64,000 nt of DNA from Squalus acanthias (GCA_030390025.1 CM059432.1:135968001-136032000); one strand, 5' to 3'; counted from the stretch's first letter, positions 23,601 to 35,519 are shown. Numbers and translations are program-made. Notes: a model not told the origin generated them from the sequence alone.

Positions 23601-25885
23601 GCTGGGCCATGAGGTTACAGATTGTGGTGGAATATAATTCTGCTGCTGTTAATGGCCCACAGCGCCTCATGGATGCCCAATTTTGAGCTGCTAGATCTGT
23701 TTTGCATTGATCCCATTTAGCATGGTGGTAGTGCCACACAACACGATGGAGGGTTTATCTCAGTGTGAAGTCGGGACTTCATCTCCACATTGACTGTGCG
23801 GTTGTCACTGCTACCAATACTGTCATGGACAGATGCATCTGCGACAGGTAGATTGGTGAGGACGAGGTCAAGTAGGTTTTTCCCTCGTGTTGGTTCTCAC
23901 CACCTGTCGCAGGCCCAGACTGGCAGTTATTTCCTTCAGAACTTGGCCAGCTCGGTCAGTAGTGGTGCTACCGAGCCACTCTTGGTGATGGACATTGAAG
24001 TCCCCCACCCAGAGTACATTCTGTGCACCTTGCTACTCTCAGTGCTTCTTCCAAGTGGTGTTCAACATGGAGGAGTACTGATTCATCAGCTAATGGAGGG
24101 CGGTAGGTGGTAATCAGCAGGAGATTTCCTTGCCGATGCTTGACCTGAAGCCATGAGACTTCATGGGGTCCAGAGTCAATGCTGAGGACTCCAAGGGCCA
24201 CTCCTTCCCGACGGTATACCACTGTGCCACCACCCCTGGTGGGTCTGTCCTGCCGGTGGGACAGGACATACCCAGGGATGGTGATGGAGGAGTCTGGGAC
24301 ATTGACTGAAAGGTATGATTCTGTGAGTATGACTATGTCAGGCTGTTGCTTGACTAGTCTGTGGGACAGCGCTCCCAATTTTGGCACAAGTCCCCAGATG
24401 TTGGTGAGGAAGACTTTGCAGAGTCGACTGGGCTTGGTGTGCCGTTGCTGTGTCCGTAGTCGATGCCGGGTGGTCCATCTGGTTTCATTCTTATTATGTT
24501 TCGTAGCGGTTAGTTACAAATGAGTGACTTGCTAGGCCATTTTTGAGGGCATTTAAGCGTCAACCACATTGCTGTGGGCCTGGAGTCCAGACCAGGTAAG
24601 GACGACAGATTTCCTTCCCTAAAGGACATTAGTGAACCAGATGGGTTTTTACAACAATCCGGTAGTTTCATGGTCACCATTACTGATACTAGCTTTTTAT
24701 TCCAGATTTATTTAATTAACTGAATTTAAATTCCCCAGCTGCCATGGTGGGATTTGAATTCACGTCTCAGGATCATTAGTCCAGGCCTCTGGATTACTAG
24801 CCCAGTGACATTACCACTATGCTACCATTCCCACAGGACCATCGAGCGCCCTCCTCCCCACGATCCAGGATGAAGACCTGGACATCTCCAGAGAGGAACC
24901 TGAAGCCTCTGAGGGGCCAGCGTCACCAGGACTCAGCGCACCCAGCACCAGCGCATCAATGCACACCTCGGTGGGGCCTTCGCGAGTTAGAGTAGTGTTG
25001 CCACCTGGTCCATCACAGCGCACAAGTGAGCATCAGCAGATGGTGGAGACAGCGACAGCAGTGGAGTGTCCTCCTTGGAGGTTGCAGGACACTCCTAGCT
25101 CTGCTGAGCTGCATGCAGACGCTGTGCCTCTGGGGTCATCCAGAAAAAGAGCGGTTTGTGAAATACAGGAACAAGTGCAGGAATGGTTTGCCTCCAGGGT
25201 TAATGCGAGTGTGGAGAGAATGGAGGAGTCCATCTCTAACTTCAGCACTGCTGTGGTGGAGGCAATGGCGCATGAACGCACCACCATGGATAGGATGGCA
25301 ACCTCCGTGGAAAGGATGGCTACCTCAGTGGAAAGGATGGCTACGGCCATGGAGGAAATAAGTCGCCAGAGTCAGGAAAACATGGTGACTGTTCAGAATA
25401 GAATGACATCTCTGGAGGAGCGATGGGCAGCTATTGAGCAGAGAGACCAGAGCTTCATGGATGTCCTTTTGAGGAGGACTGCCAGTGCAGATACGGGTCC
25501 TCATGGTCCTCCTAAAGTGCAGCAAGGTGCTCTCCTGCCACTTGTCAGCACTGAGGTGCAGCTGACCCATGAGAGGGATGTTGTTGGCAGGACAGAAGGA
25601 AGTGTGGGCTCCTCTCAAAGCGCTCGCATGACCATGCCACTGCGGAGCCCTCGGTCAGAGACCCACTTTGCAGAGACAACTGAGATGGCCGTTTCAGCCC
25701 CTGCACAGCCGCAGGAAGAGCAGACTGTTGAAGAGCTCTCCCAGGCTCCCAAACCCAGAGGATGCCCGCCAAAGGCATCTAAGCAGGCACAGCATCCTAG
25801 TCAGCAAGGTGCCTCTACATCTGCTGAAGCCACAGGGGAAGCACCACGTAGAAGCACACGTAAGAGAAAGATTAAGCACCTATAG
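20680..25885 (+). pseudogene. Harbinger Myb/SANT-like DNA-binding protein gene; exons 20680-20918, 21263-21421, 24837-25885
   Basis: Exon 1 RFNDESLQVLV...AWLRIAQEV...RSWIQCRKRFNDL with GTGAGT donor (phase 0). Exon 2 EKIAHNKRERALTGGG. Exon 3 open to basic C-terminus RRSTRKRKIKHL. One-base frameshifts near 20707 and 21354. Confidence 0.85.
21546..24832 (-). mobile_element. Near full-length single-ORF LINE (APE + RT; CR1/L2/Jockey group, clade uncertain) with tRNA-like head
   Basis: APE (QPDIVILTESYL, TTYRPP), RT (LDIKAAFDRVWH, GVPQGSVLGP, VADDC) split by frameshifts; A-rich tail at 21546; A box at 24814-24824 and B-box-like motif at 24750-24761. Confidence 0.92.
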
Positions 25886-26516
25886 TCACACTTGGGTGAT
25901 GTTTCTTTTTTTTCTGACTCTTGCTGGTATATTTTGTCATGTGTTAAAGATAAATTATGTCAAACAGTTGATTGTGTGGCCTATGTGTTCTGGGAAATGG
26001 CAAAAGCGCATTGAGGGATCAGGGCGACTTGCATTTGTAATGCTGATGGTAAAAGTGATATGAAATAAGAGGGTCTAGCAGAGATGATGTATTACATTGG
26101 ACAAGTGTCGCCTGCAATTACAGAGCCTATGGTGGCCACCTATGGTCGAAGAGTAAGCTATGGTAGTGTGGCATGGCAGTGTGCATACCCTGGTTGACGG
26201 GCAGCAGTGAACTGGAGGGATGCTGCATTGGTCACAACAGGGCATGCAAGGCTCCCCTCGTCCTCCTCCTACTCCTCTTCCCAGGAAGATCTGTGGTGAG
26301 CCACGTGGCTGCTACTCCCCCGATTATGAGGACCAGGATGAGAGGGCATAAATGTTTCCCATCCCCTTGCTATAGATTTCATTTGAGGTAACAATCTTGC
26401 AAGCGCACAGTCGAAGTGGCCTGAAATAATTCCATTCATGACACACTGCAGATGGGTGTCAGCATGAACAGTCAGAAGGTCAGTAGACGTGCAAAATGTT
26501 ATCCCATACCTACAAC

Positions 26517-28210
26517 TTCATCCTTGACCACAATGTCTTCACCTTCGACAACCAGTTTTTTACCGAAACACACGGAACAGCCATGGGGACCAAATTCGCA
26601 CCCCAATACGCCAACATCTTCATGCACAAGTTCGAGCAAGACTTCTTCGCTGCACAGGACCTCCAACCAACGCTGTACACCAGATACATCGATGACATTT
26701 TCTTCCTTTGGACCCACGGCGAAGGATCACTGAAAAGACTACACGATAACATCAACAAGTTCCATCCCACCATCAAACTCACCATGGACTACTCCTCAGA
26801 ATTGGTTTCATTCCTGGACACACGAATCTCCATCAAAGACGGACACCTCAGCACTTCACTCTACCGCAAGCCCACGGACAACCTCACGATGCTCCACTTC
26901 TCCAGCTTCCACCCTAACCACGTTAAAGAAGCCATCCCCTATGGACAAGCCCTGCGAACACACAGGATCTGCTCAGACGAGGAGGAATGCGATGGACACC
27001 TACGGACGCTGAAAGACGCCCTCATAAGAACGGGATATGACGCTCGACTCATCGATCGACAGTTCCGACGGGCCACAGCGAAAAATCGCATAGACCTCCT
27101 CAGAAGGCGAACGCGGGACACAACCAACAGGGTACCCTACGTCGTCCAGTACTTCCCCGGAGCGGAGAAACTACGCCATGTTCTTCGCAGCCTTCAACAT
27201 GTCATCGATGACGACGAACACCTCGCTAAGGCCATCCCCACGCCTCCACTACTCGCCTTCAAACAGCCGCCTAACCTCAAAAGTACCATCATTCGCAGCA
27301 AATTACCCAGCTTTCAGGAGAACAGCGACCACGACACCACACAACCCTGCCACGGCAACCTCTGCAAGACATGCCAGATCATCAACACAGATACCATCAT
27401 CACACGTGAGGACACTACCCACCAGGTACATGGTACATACTCATGTGACTCGGCCAACATTGTCTATCTCATACGTTGCAGGAAAGGATGCACCGGAGCA
27501 TGGTACATCGGCGAGACCATGCAGACACTGAGACAACGTATGAACGGACACCGCGCAACAGTCGCCAGGCAGGATTGTTAGCTCCCAGTCGGGGAACACT
27601 TCAGCAGTCAAGGACATTCAGCCTCGGATCTGCGAGTAAGCGTTCTCCAAGGCGGCCTTCGAGACACACAACAATGCAAAATCATCGAGCAGAAACTGAT
27701 AGCCAAGTTCCGCACCCATGAGGACGGCCTCAACTGGGATCTTGGGTTCATGTCACGCTACATGACGTAGAGTCATCCAGACTCGAGTCATCGTTGGCTT
27801 GTTCACAGATGTGATTTCCAGTAAAAAAAAGTAAAAAGTTTAAAGTTTATGGTTTTCCATACAGACTGCATTTGACACATTAGACCCCCTGTGACCCCAC
27901 CTCATTGTTTTAGTTGTATCTTGCTATGTCTTTGATATAATGCCTCCCTGACTGACCTGATTGTTTCTCTGCCGAGGTGTGATAAAAGGCAATCAGAAAG
28001 ATTAACTGTAGTCGTCTGACATTGTACGCTGCACAGGCATTGTTCTCTGTCTATATATGCTTTGCCGATTCGTATTCCTTCACTTCACCTGACGAAGGGG
28101 CAGCAGCTCCGAAAGCTTGTGATTTCAAATAAAACTGTTGGACTATAACCTGGTGTTGTGCGACTTCTCACTTTTGTCCACCCCAGTCCAACACCGGCAT
28201 CTCCACATCA
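26517..28210 (+). mobile_element. Penelope-like element (family 1), 5'-truncated: RT, GIY-YIG, terminal repeat
   Basis: GTAMGTKFAPQYANIFM, RYIDDIF, NIVYLIRC...YIGET...RMNGH; frame continues past a premature TAG (27579-27581) to ~27770; near-TSD TAC(C/A)TACAAC at 26507-26516 and 28211-28220. Confidence 0.95.
28084..28122 (+). ncRNA. Minimal type I hammerhead ribozyme in the Penelope terminal repeat
   Basis: UCAC-CUGACGA-AGGGGC(AGCA)GCUCC-GAAA-GCUU-GUGA; stem I UCAC/GUGA; palindromic helix III AAGCUU. Confidence 0.8.
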
Positions 28211-28679
28211 TACATACAACAGCAAAGTTGTTGCATTTGAATGTTAGCCATGTTTCAGGGGCGCTTTTAAAGTGCCCCACCAATGAGTGCAAATCATGTC
28301 CTCCAGCAACTCGTCTCCTTGAACCTGATCTGTTTCTGACTAGTCGGGAAACAGGAGCCAGAAGCAGGAAAATGGGCAATCATGATGAAAATAGGATTAG
28401 CAAGGCAGTTAACAGGCTGTTAACTGCCTTATCTACCTGTCCCACCGGTTGGAGATGGGTCAGTTTGGGAGCGGCTAAACAGACACTCAGGAAAATTGGG
28501 TGGGGGCGGGATGGAGGCGGGTTGGGTGTCTGAAGCCATTTTTCCCGATTTTTCCCAACAGACCCGCCTCCAAACCCGCTCCTCAGGGCTATTAAAATCG
28601 AGCCCCTCATGTTTACCTCAACCAACAGCTTGAAAATTAGGCCCAGTCTAAACGCAGATGCCACAAGGGGACATCATCT

Positions 28680-28969
28680 TAAAAAGGGGACCTCATCTTA
28701 AAATTAGAGCCAGGCCATTCAGGAGCAGAAGCAGGAAGCATTTTTTCACACAATGGGTAGTAGAAATCTGGAACTCTCCTCCAAAAAGCTGGGTCAATTG
28801 GAGCTTTCAAGACTGAGATCAATAGATTTTTGTTCGTTAAGAGTATTAAGGGATCTGGAGCTGAGGCTGGCGCATGCAGTTGAGGTACAGATCAGCCATG
28901 ATCTAAGTGAACAGTGGCGCAGGCTCGAGGGGCTGAATGGCCTATTCCTGTTCCTAATGTTCCTATGTT
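28680..28969 (+). mobile_element. CR1 3' fragment
   Basis: RKHFFTQ..VEIWNS coding end and TTCCTATGTT tail. Confidence 0.8.
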
Positions 28970-31214
28970 GCTAACACTTGACAGTCATTTTCAAACAGCT
29001 TATAGGGTGTTAGATCTCACCACTGAGTGGTACAAAAGACAGTTATATTTACATTAAGTACCTACATACAGTAATAGGATAACAACCTATCTGGAGGGAT
29101 GGGATAAGTCAGCATCATCGCGAAGCTTGATCTTGTTTTCATCCAACTGCCATACATGCAGACTTTTCAGTCAGGTATCACTGAAGCATGAACCCTGGCT
29201 CATATGTCTCCTCCCTAATCCCTGGTGCTGAGACCATGTAATGCATCAACTGGGGACCTGGGCGAGCTTTTCTCTCCTCATCTCCGCCTCCTGAAGATGG
29301 TTGCTCATGTCGGGTGTGATTCTATAAGCGGCAATGATTACTATATGTCACACGAGTGGCCATTCGTCATGAATGAAGACTGGAGAGTGAAAGTTGGTGG
29401 GCTATTTACCTGTGGTGGTCAATGCAGCCCTGTCCTCATCCATGTATTCCAACAGGATGACTGGATATTGATCAATATCAGGGATTTTGGCAATTTTTCT
29501 CCTTCCCTAGCTTGGGAACGCTGAGGATTGTACATTCCACCCTCAACACCACCCGCTAACCTGCTGTCCTTCAAGCCTGGCTCCCCACTTGGCGTGCAGG
29601 AGTGGTAAATCAGCCAAATTCCATTTCTATAAACTATGATTTTTAACAGTGTTTTGAGGACTGCATTCACGATTCTGAACATTTTTTTTCTGTGAAAATT
29701 CCAAACTCGGCTATAACTCTGCCTACTTCCTCCTGCCCTCCACAACAACACGATAGTTGGCAAATCCATGTGAATTGTGCAGCTGTACAGGACCCACTAG
29801 TGATGACTGTTCGCCCCCAACCCCACGCCCTCCACCTCCACCAATTCAGGAGAAAAAGAAACAATATTAAGTCTGGGATGTACGTCGATTTAGGGAGATT
29901 GTCCTGGAATTCAGAGACAGTTAGGATCTTTGAGGAAAACATATGGATGGAAAATTCTGGACAGCATACCTGAGATTTTCCGATTTTCGTTTCTGAAAGG
30001 CCAGGAAAGGGCTTGGAAAACTACCCTAGTCTTTTATTTTAATCGTAATGATTGTTAGTTTCATTTAAGTCAATTAACTGGCTAAGTTGCTTCATAATGT
30101 ACAATAGCACAAGGAATGTACTTAGTTAAACTTAAAAGTACTGTTCTTCCCTTTTTATTGTCTCCATTTATCATTTTAATTAAACAGAGACTTTGGACTA
30201 ACCCACAAATCAAAGAAATGCGCGATTTAAAAAGGATTACATTCCCCAAACTTGGGTTAAAATTAACCCTGTTTGCTTCGTCAACAATGCTGAGAGGTGA
30301 ATTTTTAAAACATTCGGTGTATCGCACGAGACACAAAAAAAAAACAAGAGATCGTTTGAATTTCAAAAATACGTTGTTGAGTTTTCTCACTATCCCTTGG
30401 AAAAAAAAAATCATTTCCTTTAGAAGTTAAATTATAATCTACTAACTTGCCAGCTTTTTTGCAGCAGTGATTAGGATTTAGGTTCCCATGACCCAACACA
30501 CTACAGTGATGTATTATTCATTCCATAATGTATGAAATTCCTGCAAATAAAACCTTTGTCCTCCAGTACTGGCTAATTATTTGCCAGATTGGAGCCCTGA
30601 TGTGTCATGTTACAGTGTGGAATACACATATCCCTGGGAGCCCACCCCCCCGCCACCCCACTCCCCCTGCCCCCAAAAAAAGAGGCCATTACTCACTGCA
30701 AAGCCCTTCACAGGACCACAGAAATCTTTCTGCTATTCTTCCTCGGAAGAATATATATATTTTCCATTAGAAAGTGAAAAGAACGAGGAGTTCAATCTGA
30801 GAAAGTCAAGCTGTAGGACGGTGACAGCAGTCAGCTGAGATCCTTTCAAGGGTGCTTTCATGCATAAATATTTAATCATCTCTTCTCATCCCCTAGTGTG
30901 AAGACACTTTATTTTTTCAGTTTGAAAACAAAGTTTATTGAAGTGCAGATCACTGTGATATTTGACGCTCTCCCCCCCTCCCCTATAATCAGCCCCAGTG
31001 CTTCCCTTATGACTCAGTGTATAAATGTGCTGCATGTGGTGCACAGACCAGAGAGGTCCGAGGTTGCCATTGCCAATTTTGTGCTGAACAAGCAAACTCA
31101 GCGGAGTGGTTGTTGGCGACTTATAGAATTGGCCTCAGTACCTTTTTTGGTCGTGAGGAGCAAAAACTGCCCTGGGTTTCCACTGCTGGGAAGTGTCCGG
31201 GTATGGGTGTCAGG

Positions 31215-32346
31215 GAGGGTTGCCAACTCTGGTCGGATGTATTCCAGGAGGTTTCATCACCTGACCTCCCACCCTGCCTCCCCATGCTCTCGCCATTGGT
31301 CGCCCGACACGCCCATCTTCGTGACGTCCCGCCTTCCCACGCCCATTAGAAATCGAACAGACTCTTTGGGCTGGATTTTCTCAGCCCCGAGGAGGCGGGC
31401 ATGGAGGCGGGACTGCCGGTAAAGTTGCAGAAAGTGGGGGCGGATGGCAAACCCGCCCCCATCCCGCCTCCGTGCCCTTTTGCCAGGAGGCAGGAAGCCG
31501 ACCTGCCCCGGGTCCCGTCTCCTCGAGGCGAGAAAGGGATTAAATCCTTTTAGCTGCCTGTTAACAGGTAGTTGACAGGCAGAAAAAAGGATTAGTCCCA
31601 TTTTACCTTTTCAGGTGAAGGCTTCCCAACTGTGGAGTGGTAAGATTGCGAGCTGAGTAATAAGTGTTAGAAAATGTTCAGTTACCTTTGTTTCTGCCTA
31701 CAGCCTTCAGTCGCGGTGGTTCCGGAGTCCCGACATCTTCGTTGTAGATTTCACAGAATGGCTGTTAGATCCTCCGAACCAACAGTTATCTGCTTTCTAC
31801 AAAGTTGAAAGGTTTGATGAGTCCTGAACGCAAGGGCTCATCAAACTACAGAGAACGCAATGTTTGACAGCTTCACAGAGCTGTCAAACACTGACATTTC
31901 TTCTTTCAAGAAGTCTTGACAGATGGCACGTCAGACGTTGACCTGCTCTGTCAGTGACTTCCTCCCTAATTGGCCTGCTGAGCCCACAGGGCAGCCTTAA
32001 CAAGGTCAATCAGGGGAAAATCCCGCTGGTTGGCCAGAAGATGATGGAGGCGGGACTGAGACCTGACAAGCAGCAGTCCCGCCTCCAGCACATCTCCATT
32101 CACAAAATCGCGGCCTTTGTTACCCGATTGGATGATTTTTGACCTACAAACAGTCCTTTTTTCCCCCATCGCCAATATTTTTTATGACTAATAAACAAAA
32201 GTGTTGGCAGAAAATGAAACATACACACAATTCTTTTTTAAACACCCCTGTGATTTTTCTCCTGGGTATTGCTCACAGCAGTGTCCTGGAGATTAATCTT
32301 TAATTCCTGGAGACTCCAGGCCAATCCTGGAGGGTTGGCAACTCTA
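31215..32346. mobile_element. hAT (Tip100-like) MITE
   Basis: TIR (G)AGGGTTGCCAACTCT / AGGGTTGGCAACTCTA; exact 8-bp TSD GTGTCAGG at 31207-31214 and 32347-32354. Confidence 0.88.
31368..32115. mobile_element. Harbinger MITE nested in the hAT MITE
   Basis: GGGCTGGATTTT / AAAATCGCGGCC termini with TTT on both sides; left end resembles the reverse complement of 28560-28605. Confidence 0.8.
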
Positions 32347-32380
32347 GTGTCAGGTGAGGGCATAGTTGGTATACTCACTG

Positions 32381-32495
32381 GGGGTAACTTTGACTTTGGG
32401 CGATAGTGTCGAAAGGGTGATATTGGATCAGCTGCCCGTTACAGATCCCTCCCCATTTTCACTGAAATCAGTGTAAATTAAAATGGGGAGAAGTG
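32381..32495. mobile_element. Small MITE fragment (second copy at ~58245-58729, split by a SINE)
   Basis: GGGGTAACTTTGACTTTGGGCGATAGTGT... matches 58248-58327; the inverted end CCAAAGTCAAAACTCCCCC is at 58710-58729. Confidence 0.6.
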
Positions 32496-32505
32496 GCTGA
32501 TCCAA

Positions 32506-32975
32506 GTGTCAGCCGTGGCTCAGTGGGTAGCACTTTCACTTCTGAGTCAGAAGGTTGTGGGTTCACGTTCCCACGCCAGAGACTTCAGCATAAAAAATCC
32601 AGACCGACTCTCCAGTGCAGTACTGGGAGTGCTGCGCTGTCGGAGGTGCCGTCTTTTGGATGAGATGTTAAACCGAGGCCCCATCTGCTCGCTCAGGTGA
32701 ACGTAAAAGATCCCATGGCACTATTTCGAAGAAGAACGGGGGAGTTCTCCCCAGTGTCCTGGGGCCAATATTTATCCCTCAATCAACATCACAAAAAGAC
32801 AGATTAACTGGTCATTATCACATTGCTGTTTGTGGGAGCTTGCTGTGCACAAATTGGCTGCCCCATTTCCTACATTACAACAGTAACTACACTTCAAAAG
32901 TGCTTCATTGGCTGTAAAGCGCTTTGGGAAGTCTTGAGCTCGTGAAAGGTGCTATATAAATTCAAGTCTTCCTTT
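32506..32975 (+). mobile_element. DeuSINE, full length
   Basis: GTGTCAGCCGTGGCTCAGTGG head to GCTATATAAAT tail. Confidence 0.9.
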
Positions 32976-33544
32976 CACTGTCTATGCCCACAGATAAAGG
33001 GTGGCCACTTGCAAGAATACCCCAGCAAGAATCATATCGCCGTAAGGAGTGAAAAGGAGAAAAATGGTAGGCAAGGTAGCCTCGCAAAAAGAACAAGAGA
33101 TCCAATGGAAATTTTCTTGTGAAAGGGAAGATTTTGATCAGGTTATTAACTCCAGTAGCACTGCGTGTAAATGTGACCTATAGACTTTTAACCTTAGTGT
33201 GTGATGTTTACATTGGGCTGAATCAACATCCAGCATACAGCTGCATTTGGCACGGTCAATGGTCTGAGTAAATATAGGCCAGATGTATTATGAAACGAGG
33301 CATAATCCAGGATGGAAGTAAAAGTATGTGTCATGAGAAAAGCTGTGACTCAGCTATCTGAAGCATGCCCTTTGCACACTGGTGACATCAGCAAGAAGGC
33401 AGCTCAATGCTATGTCAAGGGACTATTTGTAGCTTGCAAGCCAAAAAGTTTATCCAGAGGAAACTAAAGTTTGGTGTGCTTTGTTTCAAGGAAGAGGAGG
33501 AAGAAGAATTTCAAATGCGGTTCCTGTATCTCTTATATGTACGA

Positions 33545-33552
33545 GTTGTGGT

Positions 33553-33585
<33 letters not shown>

Positions 33586-34000
33586 AGTTGAGGGTTCACG
33601 TCCCACTCCAGGTACTTGAGCACAAAATCTAGACTGACACTTCCACTGCAGTACTGAGGGAGTGCTGCACTGTCAGAGGTGCTGTCCTTTGGATGAGATG
33701 CTAAACCGAGGCTCTGTTTGCCTCTCAGGTGGGCACAAAAGATCCCATGAAGAAGAAGAAGAGCAGGGGAGTTTTCTCTGGTGTCCTGGCCACTATTTAT
33801 CTTTCAACCAACATCATTTAAAAAAAATAGATTATCAATGATCTCTTTGCTGTTTTTGGGACCTTGCTTTGTGCAAATTGGCTGCCATGTTTCCTACAGT
33901 ACAACAGTGAATACACTTTAAAAGTACTTCATTGACTGTAAAGTGTATTGGGACGTCCTAAGGTCATGAAAGGCGCTATGGAAATGCAAGTCTTTCTTTC
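33545..34000 (+). mobile_element. DeuSINE
   Basis: Diverged full-length copy of the same consensus. Confidence 0.85.
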
Positions 34001-34751
34001 TATTGCTGATCTGCTTTGGTTGGACATGTTTAGCATTGAGTCTATTAAGATGTTCATTTTCCTTGTGAATCATTAACAAACTGACATGGGTTGAAATGCT
34101 GACTGTCAGCTTAAAAAGTTGACGGCTGGCATGTATGTTGTATGCATTCCCAGAACAGAAGCTCATTTCGAGTACACGAGAGCTGCAGATGATCGCAGAA
34201 GGAGAAGTATGTAGTGTTGCTTTGAAACCACATGATGAGGCAGAGAGAATCCACACTGGCACTGAATTTTGACAGATATGAGTCAGTCGATTGGACCAAA
34301 GCGAATCGCTGAACTGAGGAGAGTTTGCTGAGGCCAACAATAAATTGGCATTGTGCACTAACCTCAGAGACCAGTTCCTCAGTAAATGGCCATTGTAATG
34401 CAACTCATTTACCTGGATATATCTTTCTAAAAATATGGGAAAGAGTTTCCACGGTGAAAACAGACTGCCAAACATCTAGCGTTTGAGTGCAATAAATCTG
34501 AAGCAAAACAGACTCATTTTCGAAGCGTTCATTCATACACATCACTCACCCAGCTGTCAGCCCTATCACGATAGAAGGGGAAGTCCCCTTATCTAACTTT
34601 TGCAATGTGCGATCAAATTGTGATACTTGATTGATCAGCTCATCAATATCAAATTCCGAAAGGTTCTGATTTTGGAATGCTGTCTGGAGGGATCTGAAAA
34701 TTGATAATACACTTCCTTGACCATGGCCTGATTTCTTTAAAAAAAAAATCT

Positions 34752-35078
34752 TTTTTTATTTATTCATTCACGGGATGTGGGCTTCGCCGCCAACGCCAGC
34801 ATTTATTGCCCATCCCTAATTGCCCTTGAGAAGGTGGTGGTGAGCCGTCTTTTTGAACTGCTGCAGTCCGTGTGGTGAAGATACTCCCACAGTGCTGTTA
34901 TGTAAAGAGTTCCAAAATTTTGACCCAGCGACGATGAAGGAATAGTCAACATATTTCCAGTCAGGTTGGTGTATGGCTTGGAGGGGTACTTGGAGGTGGT
35001 GGTGTTCCCATGCGCCTGTTGCCCTAGTCCTTCTAGGTGGTAGAGGTTGCGGGTTTGGGAGGTGCTGTCGAAGAAGCC
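34752..35078 (-). mobile_element. 3' fragment of the same LINE family as 21546-24832
   Basis: Direct match to 21550-21872. Confidence 0.9.
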
Positions 35079-35240
35079 TTTTGTCCTCTATTTTTGCCTC
35101 AGATTTCTCCCCTTATCCCTCCTTTCTGCACACAGAGGAGCTGAGAATGTGTGACCCAAGCACATTGGCGTAAGTGCCAGGATGTGTCTGCCCACGACCT
35201 CCAGCACTCACGTCACCAAAGTTTGTGGGGTCAAGGGGAG

Positions 35241-35291
35241 ATGACGTCATTTAAATGTGACAGACGATTGCCCGTGCCACTAGGGGGCTAC
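35241..35291 (+). promoter_or_regulatory. CRE palindrome plus CTCF-like motif
   Basis: ATGACGTCAT at 35241-35250; GCCACTAGGGGGCTAC at 35276-35291 fits CCACYAGRKGGC. Confidence 0.45.
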
Positions 35292-35519
35292 AAACTGTGG
35301 TGGAGGTTCTGGGGCTGGTGAGCAACCAGGGCCCTCCTCCCAGAAACATCTTTTAAATGGCCTTCGGATGTTGATCACATGTCTGAGTTTGACCAAAGTT
35401 CGCCTTCACAGATTTCTGTTTTAAAAATCAGAGAAGTTTGCATCTCTGTCTCTGTTTTAAACACCCTCTGTAACCTAACCAGACAGGAAGGCCTGCCAGA
35501 TCAATCCCACAGAGCGGCC

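Larger units (their letters stand above)
20418..28605 (+). mobile_element. PIF/Harbinger element carrying a Myb/SANT gene, with nested LINE and Penelope
   Basis: Perfect 15-bp TIR GGGCTCGATTTTAAT (20418-20432) / ATTAAAATCGAGCCC (28591-28605); flanks CTT/CTC; internal spliced Myb/SANT gene. Confidence 0.88.

Noticed and set aside
33918..34475. 185-aa minus-strand ORF, and a possible ~54-nt plus-strand exon at ~34153-34206
   Set aside because: The ORF runs into a SINE and shows no recognisable homology; the splice signals are weak.
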